From Thermoplasmatota archaeon (GTDB lineage Archaea; Thermoplasmatota; E2; DHVEG-1), in contig JBFEOQ010000001.1 in the NCBI GenBank assembly GCA_041550515.1, positions 50,998 to 114,997 of the forward strand: a stretch of 64,000 nucleotides of DNA, given 5' to 3'. Shown here piece by piece: positions 39,801-49,415 of the stretch (its first letter is position 1; the number at the start of each line of letters is the position of its first letter). The notes under the pieces are model-generated. The model was not told the DNA's origin. It did not search any database and saw nothing but the letters and a program-made list of their open reading frames with translations. The position numbers and the translations under genes are program-made.

Positions 39801-39938
39801 ATAGAGGCTTGAAACTAGAAGGATTTCTCTTACTTTAAAAGGCATTAAATTATGGAATGCTTTGATTGTATGATCTAACCTACTTTCATCGTTTTTTTCT
39901 ATCTTTGAAATATCAAGACAAGAATTTTCTGGTTCCAT
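36888..39938 (-). CDS. REC(pseudo)-REC-unknown-PPDK_N(ATP-grasp) multidomain protein; no swivel-His or PEP-utilizer C-domain
   Basis: REC1, aa ~37-150: SS in place of DD, DLVITM instead of the phospho-Asp. REC2, aa ~181-315: ED, ISD, T and K all present. aa ~455-800: VGGDSLGGKGRGIAFIRTLL...VPSTVAIS resembles the PPDK/PEP-synthase N-domain. No TSHAAI-like motif. Confidence 0.6.
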   Translation of the reverse strand: MEPENSCLDISKIEKNDESRLDHTIKAFHNLMPFKVREILLVSSLYDAFIVEEEGLISELVIEEYRHLLLSSPPRVTHVTSGDEALSKVKTRKYDLVITMSKNIGMNPFDFGKKIKKECPDLPIIILATDTADLHTCQEHVNEEGINKAFFWYGDTSLFIAIVKYVEDQINVKYDTINGNVQIIIVIEDSIHDYSTLLPVIYSEIVQQTQRSISDDLNEMQRLLRRRARPKILLANNYEEGIELYKKYKNYILGIISDVNFFRNGKLDPKAGYDLIQYVKKDNPFVPAMLQSTNPKNRETVEEMGVFFINKNSPTLMQDFDQFLLEHLGFGDFVFLLPINEDKNRVTDKKNHKRTKEIARASNLKEFEKILKKLPIESIRFHANRNNFSNWLMARGEFKLARKLRPQKVTDFQTLDEMRKYLVAVFNESRRERHLGVMTDLIHQKFEFDSSYTKVGGDSLGGKGRGIAFIRTLLSRYNLHQKYPDIKITVPSTVAISTDEFDRFISDNKLYSFVNNNKDMPDSEIAKHFIKGKLSNDLKQKLTIVLKHFKKPLAIRSSSLLEDSQNYPFAGMYSTYMLPNSNKDINKRLEHLNNAIKLVYASVFYKEAKAYIESTSAKIEEEKMAVIIQELIGSNYDGRFYPTFSGVAQSYNYYPVSYQRREEGIVSVAVGLGYSVVGGEKVLRFSPNHPEIIPDFSTPEMIMENTQRELYILNTKKQNFSLTEKEKSTLEKISISDIVVDGVLDNIASSYDRDDHMIRDSFSKKGPHLITFAGILKFNTFPLAKILKDILEAGQKSMGNPVEIEFAVDIDPNNKKPPTFAIIQIRPLIISQEQDHITWHEKETRKENVLIHSTKSLGNGLFNFIHDIIYVPPNSFDSSQTIKIADQIGKINRKLVEKQTHYILIGPGRWGTQDKWLGIPVTWSQISNVKVMVETALKNFNIKPTQGTHFFQNIISRGIGYINTTLNPRESFIDWEWLNYQKAEIELDYVKHIRLEKPLVIKFNGRTGHALVLKYD

Positions 39939-40025
39939 AATTTTCCTAATAATTTGAATAAATAACGGTGATAATAAGTTTTGGAATAAGAATAAAAAAG
40001 AGATGAAGTTAATTTTTATTTTTCT

Positions 40026-41405
<1,380 letters not shown>

Positions 41406-41527
41406 TTATTAATACTTTGTTGTCAAAAATTATTAACTTAAATTATAAAATTTAAGTAGGTTTTAATAATTAAATTCTATTCCAAAAAGTAGATTTTATT
41501 TGCCATCTTAAATGAGGAGGTTAAGGA

Positions 41528-42868
41528 TTGATGGAAAACAAGAGCTACACTAAAAAAGAAATTTTAGACATTATAAAAAAAGAAAAAGTTATATTTGTTA
41601 GACTACAGTTCATTGATATCCTAGGAATGCCAAAAAACATTGTCATTCCGCCAGAACGTTTAGACGAAGCTTTAGAAAAAGGTATTCCCTTTGATGGTTC
41701 ATCAATTGCAGGATATGCAACAATTGAAGAATCGGATAAAATCGCATTACCCGATCCAAATAGTTTCATTATCCTCCCAGAAGAAATTGAAAAAAGAAAA
41801 ACAGCAAAACTAAACTGTGATATATATGAACCAAATGGTAGGCGCTTTGAAGGTGATACAAAATATGCTCTAGAAAAAATGATTCAAAGAGCCAATAAAG
41901 TTGGTTATAAATTTAATGTTGGACCTGAATGTGAATTTTTCTTATTTAAAAAAGAAAATGATGAATATGTCACTATTCCAAACGATGCTGCAGGTTATTT
42001 TGATTTATCACATCGGGATCTCGCAGAAGGTGTACGAGCAGATATATGCCTAGCATTAGATGCATTGGGTATACAAACATATACCAGTCATCATGAGGTT
42101 TCTAAAGGACAGCATGAAATAAACTTTCATTATAATGATGGCATTACAGTTGCAGATCACATTATAACTCTAAAATATGTTACAAAAGTTATTGCAAAAA
42201 AACACAATTTACACGCAAGTTTTATGCCAAAACCAATTTTTGATTTAAATGGCTCCGGAATGCATACACATCTTAGCCTTTTTACGCAAAAAGGTGAAAA
42301 TGCTTTTTATGATTCTAAAGATAAAAATCAATTAAGCAAAACTGCCCGCTATTTTATAGGAGGACTACTAGAACATATCAAAGAAATTACTGCAATTCTT
42401 AACCCAACTGTTAACTCATATAAAAGATTAGTTCCCGGTCATGAAGCACCAACATATATATCATGGGCTAATCGAAACCGCAGTGCCCTTATTAGAATTC
42501 CAACGGGTAGAGGCGATAGCACACGTTGTGAACTACGCAGCCCTGATCTTTCAGGTAACCCTTATCTACAGTTTGCAGTCATGCTAACAGCAGGGCTTAA
42601 AGGAATAGAAAAGAAAATTTTACCTCCAGAACCTGTAGAAAAGAATATTTACACCTTATCACTAAAAGAAAAAGAAAAATATAATATTCATCATCTACCA
42701 GAAAGTCTTGGACATGCTCTGGAATTTATGGAGAAAAGTCCTCTTTTAAAAGAAGTTTTAGGTGAACATATTTTTAATACCTTCTTATATGTAAAACGAA
42801 AAGAATGGGAGAAATATAGAAAACAAATTACACAATGGGAAATCGAAAAATACCTACCCATTATTTAA
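41528..42868 (+). CDS. glnA: glutamine synthetase type I (short archaeal form)
   Basis: VRLQFIDILG..., GSGMHTHLSLF, NPYL motifs; 446 aa. Confidence 0.9.
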   Translation: MMENKSYTKKEILDIIKKEKVIFVRLQFIDILGMPKNIVIPPERLDEALEKGIPFDGSSIAGYATIEESDKIALPDPNSFIILPEEIEKRKTAKLNCDIYEPNGRRFEGDTKYALEKMIQRANKVGYKFNVGPECEFFLFKKENDEYVTIPNDAAGYFDLSHRDLAEGVRADICLALDALGIQTYTSHHEVSKGQHEINFHYNDGITVADHIITLKYVTKVIAKKHNLHASFMPKPIFDLNGSGMHTHLSLFTQKGENAFYDSKDKNQLSKTARYFIGGLLEHIKEITAILNPTVNSYKRLVPGHEAPTYISWANRNRSALIRIPTGRGDSTRCELRSPDLSGNPYLQFAVMLTAGLKGIEKKILPPEPVEKNIYTLSLKEKEKYNIHHLPESLGHALEFMEKSPLLKEVLGEHIFNTFLYVKRKEWEKYRKQITQWEIEKYLPII

Positions 42869-42960
42869 GTCATTTTCTTTGTTTTTTATTTTATCATGTA
42901 TTCAAAATTAAGCAATGTTTTTAACTTCATTATATATTATCTTTTTATGAGGATGATAGT

Positions 42961-43407
42961 ATGAGCTTTGAAATGCAAATTGTAAGCAATACTCCTCTTA
43001 TTGGAGAGGATGACCCTGAAATTGTAGCAAAAAAATTTTTTGAACAAATTGGCTACCTTTCAAAAGGTAGTGACCCAGATATTCCTTTTAAAATTTTTAA
43101 TGACTTTTTTATAAAACACCCTAATAAAGCATGGTATGTAGAAGAAATTTCAACTGAACTCAATACATCTAAACCTACCGTTTATAGACATTTAAATAAA
43201 CTAAAAGGTTTTGATATACTTGAAGAAGTTCAAGTACTTGATGAATCTACTCAACAAAATAAAAAAGCATATCGTCTAAGATATGGTAACATTCAAAAAG
43301 CTTGGAACTTTGTTGAAGCACACTTAAAAGTGGCTATTGAAAATTATGCAAAAACAGTAGAACATTTACAAACTCTTACTGAAAAACAAAGGAAGAATAT
43401 AAAATGA
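42961..43407 (+). CDS. winged-helix transcription regulator
   Basis: EISTELNTSKPTVYRHLNKLKGFDILEEV helix-turn-helix. Overlaps the next ORF by 4 nt. Confidence 0.5.
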   Translation: MSFEMQIVSNTPLIGEDDPEIVAKKFFEQIGYLSKGSDPDIPFKIFNDFFIKHPNKAWYVEEISTELNTSKPTVYRHLNKLKGFDILEEVQVLDESTQQNKKAYRLRYGNIQKAWNFVEAHLKVAIENYAKTVEHLQTLTEKQRKNIK

Positions 43408-43691
43408 ATAATGAAAAATATAAATTAGAATTAACTGAAGGATCAATATATAAAATTACAACTATAGGAGGACGTGATAAACTAATTGAAACAGAAGGTA
43501 CCTTCAAAGGTTTTATATCAATTGGTGTAGACGAAACAGGACTTTTAATAGAACTTAGTAAACATCATGGTAATATGGCAGGTAAGATACGAATTATACC
43601 ACTTCATGTCATACTCCTAATAGATGTAGTAGCTGCAAAAGAAAATAATAAAAAAGAAGACTATAAAGGAATGTCACATTACGTAGGATAG
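43404..43691 (+). CDS. hypothetical 95-aa protein co-transcribed with the HTH regulator
   Basis: Start overlaps the stop of the upstream gene (ATGA). Predicted beta-rich; no recognisable motif. Confidence 0.4.
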   Translation: MNNEKYKLELTEGSIYKITTIGGRDKLIETEGTFKGFISIGVDETGLLIELSKHHGNMAGKIRIIPLHVILLIDVVAAKENNKKEDYKGMSHYVG

Positions 43692-44053
43692 TATGTTTCG
43701 GAGTTTATATTTTAAATGATTATTATTTACATTAGTTAATTATAAAAATACTAAAAACTCATTTTAAAACAATTGATTTAATATTTTCTTAAAAAATTAT
43801 AAAACTTTAAATGTGAAAAAAGCCATTCAATTTCTTAGGGGGAATTTGGTGGACCAAGTATATGGTAAAGGATGGGTCTTCCGTTTCCGATTCCTAAAAT
43901 GTAACTTAGTGTTTGGGATTTGAGGGGAGCCAAATGCGATTTACATCATTATACAATAAACAAAAAAAAATAAAAAAAACGCCCGATTCCCCCTTCAAAT
44001 TTATTATCTTTTAGTTATACTTATTTAAATGAATCAAGTGTAATTTTTAATTA
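43692..44053. other. origin-like intergenic region downstream of orc1/cdc6: inverted AGGGGGAAT boxes flanking a poly-A tract
   Basis: agggggaat at 43836-43844, attccccct at 43986-43994 in inverted orientation. Also gaggggag at 43922-43929 and a run of A at 43962-43980. Confidence 0.35.
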
Positions 44054-45232
44054 TTAAATTAATCTGGTTTGTCCTTGAAATTTATATTTAGTAAGGTTTT
44101 CAAAAATTTCGTCTTCTCTTAAAATATCTTCAATATCCTCTAAAGAAGATGAAACTTTAATATCACGAGTACGACCATATCGTCCTTTAGAAATAACACG
44201 AGCAGTAATAATCCCAAGCATATCCAATTCGCTTATAAGATCTGCAACTCGTCGTTGTGAAATTGTATCTGTTCTTGCTTTCTTTGAAAGATTTTTGTAA
44301 ATGTTATATACTTCCCCAGTTGTTATAGCACCTGTTGCTCCAGTTTTTTTATTATGTTGCTCCTGTAAAAGTATTGAAAGAAGTATAAGTTTTGATTGCG
44401 TCGGAAGTGTTCGTATTACTTCCATGATACGATCGATTTCAATTTTATTCTGAGCTAAACTGACATGTTTTTTTGTTATACGAGAAGATTTGTTTCTTTC
44501 TGCAAGTTCAGCACTCATCCTTAAAAGATCAAGGGCTCTTCGTGCATCACCATGCTCCTGCGCTGCTAACGCACTACACAAAGGAATAACTTCACTATCA
44601 ATAGAATCTAACTTAAAAGCAATCTCTACACGTTGTCTAAGGATATCCTGAAGTTCGCTGGCATCATAAGGTGGAAAAATCATACTCTCTTCACCAAGAC
44701 TTGACTTTACACGAGGATCTAAAAATTCAGTATACTTTAAATCATTTGATAATCCTACTATACTAACCTTTGCTTTCTTTAAATCCGTGTTTATTCTTGA
44801 AAGATTATAAAGAGCTTCATCACCTTTAAGCTTATCTACCTCATCAAGAATAATTACGGTTACGCCTCCTTCTTTTTCTATCATCATTTTTAATTTAGAA
44901 TATACTTCATCAGTTGGCCATCCTGTAAAAGGTATACGTTCACTCCATTCATTTATAAAATGATTTGCAATGTTTTGTAAAACACGATAATGGGTATCAA
45001 CTACCTCGCAATTAATATAAATAAAATTTACTTTTTTATTGATTTGTTTTCCTTTTTCAAGTAATTCTTTACCAACAAATTTTGTGACAGCTGTTTTTCC
45101 CGTTCCCGTTTTACCATAAATAAAAACATTACTAGGGGTTTCATTGCGTAAAGCTGGAACAAGCACATTTGCAAGATTATTTATTTCTTTTTCTCTATGT
45201 GGAAGCAATTCCGGCATATATGTTGGTCTCAT
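44054..45232 (-). CDS. cdc6: Orc1/Cdc6 replication initiator
   Basis: Walker A GKTGTGKT, Walker B ILDEVD, C-terminal winged helix; 392 aa. Confidence 0.9.
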   Translation of the reverse strand: MRPTYMPELLPHREKEINNLANVLVPALRNETPSNVFIYGKTGTGKTAVTKFVGKELLEKGKQINKKVNFIYINCEVVDTHYRVLQNIANHFINEWSERIPFTGWPTDEVYSKLKMMIEKEGGVTVIILDEVDKLKGDEALYNLSRINTDLKKAKVSIVGLSNDLKYTEFLDPRVKSSLGEESMIFPPYDASELQDILRQRVEIAFKLDSIDSEVIPLCSALAAQEHGDARRALDLLRMSAELAERNKSSRITKKHVSLAQNKIEIDRIMEVIRTLPTQSKLILLSILLQEQHNKKTGATGAITTGEVYNIYKNLSKKARTDTISQRRVADLISELDMLGIITARVISKGRYGRTRDIKVSSSLEDIEDILREDEIFENLTKYKFQGQTRLI

Positions 45233-45690
45233 TGCTTCACGATTTATAAAAAGTCCGTCTTGACTTAATAATTGACCAAATATATCGACATTTAATGTTT
45301 TTTTAGACGTAAAAAATAACCTCCGAGGGTCAGTGTAATCAACAGTTCTATATAAAAAGTTATTTAAAAAAATTAAATTTTTTTTATCTTAATTACTCCT
45401 GTAAAATACTAACAAGACCAAGGCCTTTATTTCCAATGGAAAAATTTTATTAGATCATCTTCATTTTTAAATTTTTTTAAAAATATAATATTAAAAATGG
45501 AAGAATTAAAATACTGAAAATTTTATAACCTTATGGGTTTACTTATCGTCTAATCTTTTATGGAAGTCTATTTACTTAAAATTAATTTCCACACGAAATA
45601 AGGGGGCCCCCCTTCTTTTTGTTATAAAAGTGTAAAACAACCAAAAATTGTATTATTAGAAAAGTAAGAATATTAATTTATATAAAATGT
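45233..45690. other. candidate replication origin upstream of orc1/cdc6: TGGAA iterons at about 62 bp, ORB-like element and A/T-rich stretch
   Basis: TTCCAaTGGAAA dyad at 45431-45443. TGGAAG at 45498 and 45561. TTTCCAcacGAAAtaaGGGGGCCCCCC at 45587-45612. A/T-only stretch around 45451-45497. Confidence 0.5.
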
Positions 45691-45930
45691 TTATTTACCA
45701 CCAATTATAATTACATCCTTTACAGATTTTATTGCATCAAATGGAAAAACAAGATGACCTTGTCCATCTAAATGATACAAACGTGGATCTACATCATCAG
45801 AAGGTTCAATTAGAACATTTGTAAGTTCTCCTGTTCTAACGTCAACGGTAGTATTTCTCATAATACCAAGATATAACCCTTCTTCAGTCATAACTGTTTT
45901 TCCTCTCAATTCATTTTCAGTTATTCTCAA
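45691..45930 (-). CDS. PRC-barrel domain protein
   Basis: 79 aa. LRGKTVMTEEGLYLGIMRNTTVDVRTGELTNVLIE fits the PRC-barrel pattern. Confidence 0.6.
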   Translation of the reverse strand: MRITENELRGKTVMTEEGLYLGIMRNTTVDVRTGELTNVLIEPSDDVDPRLYHLDGQGHLVFPFDAIKSVKDVIIIGGK

Positions 45931-45962
45931 TTTATTTTCCTCCTTTTTATATTATTTTAACT

Positions 45963-48173
45963 TTACATATATTGAATGTCTTTATCAGTTTTATCTTTTT
46001 TGGAAATACCACTACCAAGTGTTTCAGAGACTTTATTATAAAACTTAATAATATTGGGTGTAATAGATGCACGAACGCTCTCCAGAGCTTTATCAAAATG
46101 TATTTTTTTAACATTAGCTGCATTCTCATTTTCTCGTATAGTAAGCATTGCTGCTTCACGACATAAGGATTCAATGTCAGCACCAGAATAATTCTCTGTT
46201 ACATCAGCAAGATGTTTAATATCAACATCTTTTCCAAGAGGCATATTTTTTGTATGTATTTTAAAGATTTCTAAACGAGCTTCTTCATCTGGGGATGGAA
46301 TTAAAACTAGACGATCAAAACGTCCTGGCCTTAAAAGACTTGGATCAATAATATCAGGTCTATTGGTAGCACCTATTACAACCACACCCTCCATACTTTC
46401 AAGACCATCTATACTCGTAAGTAATTGGTTTACAACACTATCTGTTACATGACTTCCTGTATCTGTACCACGCATTGGTGCTATACTATCGAGTTCATCT
46501 AAAAATACTATGGTAGGTGCTACTTGACGTGCTTTTTTAAATAATTCACGAACTGCTTTTTCAGATTCGCCTACCCATTTACTCATAACTTCTGGACCTT
46601 TAATACTAATAAAATTTGCTTTAGATTCACTCGCAACAGCTTTTGCGAGAAGAGTTTTACCTGTACCAGGCGGTCCATAAAGTAAAACACCACGAGGTGG
46701 TGTTATTCCTAGTTTTTTAAAGGATTCTGGTTTTGTAAGAGGCCATTCAACTGCTTCCTGTAATTGTTGCTTAGCTATTTGAAGTCCACCAACATCTTCC
46801 CAGTTAATCTTTGGAATTTCAATGAGAAACTCACGCATAGCCGATGGTTCGATACCCCTATGAGCATTTTTAAAATCATCTGTAGTAACTTCCATTTTTT
46901 CAAGTATTTCAACAGGTATTGGTTTTTCTAGGTCAATTTCTGGTAAATATCTTCTAAGTGCATTCATAGCCGCTTCCCTAGCAAGGGCAGCAAGATCAGC
47001 ACCGACATATCCATACGTAAATTCTGCTAAATCCTCAAGTTTAATATTTTCTGCAAGGGGCATTCCACGAGTATGAATCTGTAATATTTCCTTTCGACCC
47101 TCTCTATCAGGCGCGGCAATTATAATTTCTCTATCAAAACGACCTGGGCGTCTAAGTGCAGGATCAAGAATATCTGGAAGATTAGTTGCACCTATTACAA
47201 TAAGTTTACCACGTCCTTTCAATCCATCCATAAGAGTAAGCATCTGAGATACAACACGTCGTTCTACCTCACCATGAACCTCAGATCTTTTTGGAGCAAT
47301 TGCATCTATTTCATCTATAAAGATAATACTAGGTGCATTTTTTTCAGCTTCTTCAAATATTTTTCTGAGATTTTCTTCACTCTGACCATAAAATTTTGAC
47401 ATAATTTCTGGACCGTTAATTGTGTAAAAATTTGCACCAGATTCATTTGCCACTGCTTTTGCAATTAGTGTTTTACCTGTTCCAGGTGGTCCATGTAAAA
47501 GAACCCCTTTTGGAGGGTCGATCCCAAGTCTATCAAAAAGTTCAGGATGTTTAAGAGGGAGTTCAATCATTTCACGGACTTTTAAAATTTCTTCATGTAG
47601 ACCACCAATGTCTTCATAGCTAACTCGTGGTCCTGCTTCCTCTTCAATTTGAGCTGCTTCTTCTTTTACTTTTATCTTTGTTAATTCACTAATTGAAACA
47701 ATACCATTTGGTGTAGTATTTATAATAATAAAAGGAAGACTGCTTCCGAATAAAGCTATCCCAGGTATTATTACACTATCGCCTTTTGTTAGAGGTCTTT
47801 TTAAAAGACCTTTTTTAATTAAGATATCTATACCGCTGCCAAACTGTATTTGTTGTCCTTTAGATATTAATGGTGCAATAGTCAATTCTTTTGCTTCTTT
47901 TACATCAGCTTTTTTAATTTTTACTCTTTCTCCAAGACCTGTTCCAGCGTTTTTTCTTGTTAAATTATCTATTCTTATTATTCCTTTTCCTTCATCAGTA
48001 GGATGCGCACGCCATACAACAGCTGCCGTTGTCTTCAAACCCTCTATCTCAATTACATCACCTATTGATAAATCTAGATTAACTCTTGTTTGATTATCTA
48101 TTCTTGCTCGTCCATATCCTACATCTTGTTGAAATGCTTCAGATATTTTCAAAACAGCCTCTCTTTGAACCAT
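45963..48173 (-). CDS. cdc48: CDC48/VCP-like AAA+ ATPase (two AAA domains)
   Basis: Two GPPGTGKT Walker A motifs, two DE(I/L)D Walker B motifs, N-domain double-psi barrel. Start taken at [10 protein letters not shown]. Confidence 0.9.
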   Translation of the reverse strand: MVQREAVLKISEAFQQDVGYGRARIDNQTRVNLDLSIGDVIEIEGLKTTAAVVWRAHPTDEGKGIIRIDNLTRKNAGTGLGERVKIKKADVKEAKELTIAPLISKGQQIQFGSGIDILIKKGLLKRPLTKGDSVIIPGIALFGSSLPFIIINTTPNGIVSISELTKIKVKEEAAQIEEEAGPRVSYEDIGGLHEEILKVREMIELPLKHPELFDRLGIDPPKGVLLHGPPGTGKTLIAKAVANESGANFYTINGPEIMSKFYGQSEENLRKIFEEAEKNAPSIIFIDEIDAIAPKRSEVHGEVERRVVSQMLTLMDGLKGRGKLIVIGATNLPDILDPALRRPGRFDREIIIAAPDREGRKEILQIHTRGMPLAENIKLEDLAEFTYGYVGADLAALAREAAMNALRRYLPEIDLEKPIPVEILEKMEVTTDDFKNAHRGIEPSAMREFLIEIPKINWEDVGGLQIAKQQLQEAVEWPLTKPESFKKLGITPPRGVLLYGPPGTGKTLLAKAVASESKANFISIKGPEVMSKWVGESEKAVRELFKKARQVAPTIVFLDELDSIAPMRGTDTGSHVTDSVVNQLLTSIDGLESMEGVVVIGATNRPDIIDPSLLRPGRFDRLVLIPSPDEEARLEIFKIHTKNMPLGKDVDIKHLADVTENYSGADIESLCREAAMLTIRENENAANVKKIHFDKALESVRASITPNIIKFYNKVSETLGSGISKKDKTDKDIQYM

Positions 48174-48292
48174 TTTAACACCCACCAAATTAAAGAGCAA
48201 TGTGTATTTTAACGCTAATAAAAGAAGAGGTTATTATATTTTTTCTGTGAAAGAACCAGAAATAAAAAAAATTTTATTATAATAAAGAATAT

Positions 48293-48784
48293 CTATAAAA
48301 AATTCCGTTGTATTTTTTCTAATATTTCTTTAAAATCAAGAGTATATTCTTTTCCAAGTAGTATTGCCGCTATTTCAGATGTTAGGTTTTTTTCTTTTTC
48401 TAATTCTTTTATTTGATTCAATATAGTTTTTTTATCAAGATTTGATTTATCAACAATTTTCTTAATAATGATCTCCAGAGTGTCTTCTTCTGGTTTTATT
48501 TGAACTATTTCTTTTTTTAACTCTTTTTGACTTAATACATTTTTTGGGGGATAATATCCGATAGGAATTCTGATTTTATCTACATCAAAATTAGGTTTTA
48601 GTACCTCTTTTTCTAACTTTAATAAATTATTTTCAATACTCTTTTGTGTAAACATTTTTGCATTATTAAGTGTAAACCATTTTAAATCCATTGATAATGA
48701 TAGATAAAATTCTGAAAAACTCATTTCTTTTTTACCTGCACGAGTATATAAAAACGCAATTATGATTTTATAATCATTATTCAT
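48293..48784 (-). CDS. hypothetical protein (archaeal DUF-type), co-transcribed with the upstream ORF
   Basis: Start at MNNDYKIIIAF overlaps the stop of ORF 48781-49347 by 4 nt. Confidence 0.4.
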   Translation of the reverse strand: MNNDYKIIIAFLYTRAGKKEMSFSEFYLSLSMDLKWFTLNNAKMFTQKSIENNLLKLEKEVLKPNFDVDKIRIPIGYYPPKNVLSQKELKKEIVQIKPEEDTLEIIIKKIVDKSNLDKKTILNQIKELEKEKNLTSEIAAILLGKEYTLDFKEILEKIQRNFL

Positions 48785-49347
48785 TTTTTTTTGAACTCCC
48801 AATATTTTGAGATATCTACAATAAAGCAACTCGGTTTAAATTTACTCCAATATTCAATATTTTTTTTATTATTTTCATAAATAACTGTGTTATAGTTGAT
48901 TAAAAGGTTTTTCATTACTTCCTCTTTTTTAAAGTCCTTTTCTAGTTCATCTCTGCTATAAAAAATTATTATACCATCAAAATTTTTTAATAAATAATCA
49001 TTAAAAATTTTTGATTGATCATTAACTTCTATGCTTGCATAGATTTTATTATCTGAAATTTCTCTAATACTTTCAAGTTTTATATATGAATAAAATATTT
49101 TACGTAAAGTAATTTTTATTGCTCCTGTCATAAAAACATCTACTATATCACCAAGTTTTCTAGGTGCATTATCTATCCAGAGTTGATATTTTTTTGAGAG
49201 TTTTTGATATATATTAAAATTTGATTTATCTTTTTCTATTCCATCTCGATCAATTACATAAAGTAATTGATCCTCCTTTAGTTTTTCAAGTAGTTCTAAA
49301 TTTTGAATTTTTTTGTTGACTATTGTTGTTAATGGTATGATTTCCAT
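48781..49347 (-). CDS. hypothetical protein with HisA/HisF-like half-barrel resemblance
   Basis: LYVIDRDGIEKDKSNFNIYQKL...WIDNAPRKLGDIVDVFMTGA resembles the ProFAR-isomerase (beta/alpha)4 motif. Only 188 aa. Confidence 0.3.
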   Translation of the reverse strand: MEIIPLTTIVNKKIQNLELLEKLKEDQLLYVIDRDGIEKDKSNFNIYQKLSKKYQLWIDNAPRKLGDIVDVFMTGAIKITLRKIFYSYIKLESIREISDNKIYASIEVNDQSKIFNDYLLKNFDGIIIFYSRDELEKDFKKEEVMKNLLINYNTVIYENNKKNIEYWSKFKPSCFIVDISKYWEFKKK

Positions 49348-49415
49348 TTCTTAAAGTAAACAAAATTTTGTTCTTTAATCTAACTCTAAAAAATTAAAAT
49401 ATTTTATATAAAAAT

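Noticed and set aside
45602-45612. GGGGGCCCCCC perfect palindrome as a stand-alone feature (restriction-type site or Z-DNA)
   Set aside because: It directly continues the TTCCA...GAAA element, so I treat it as the G-string of an ORB-like box rather than an independent signal.
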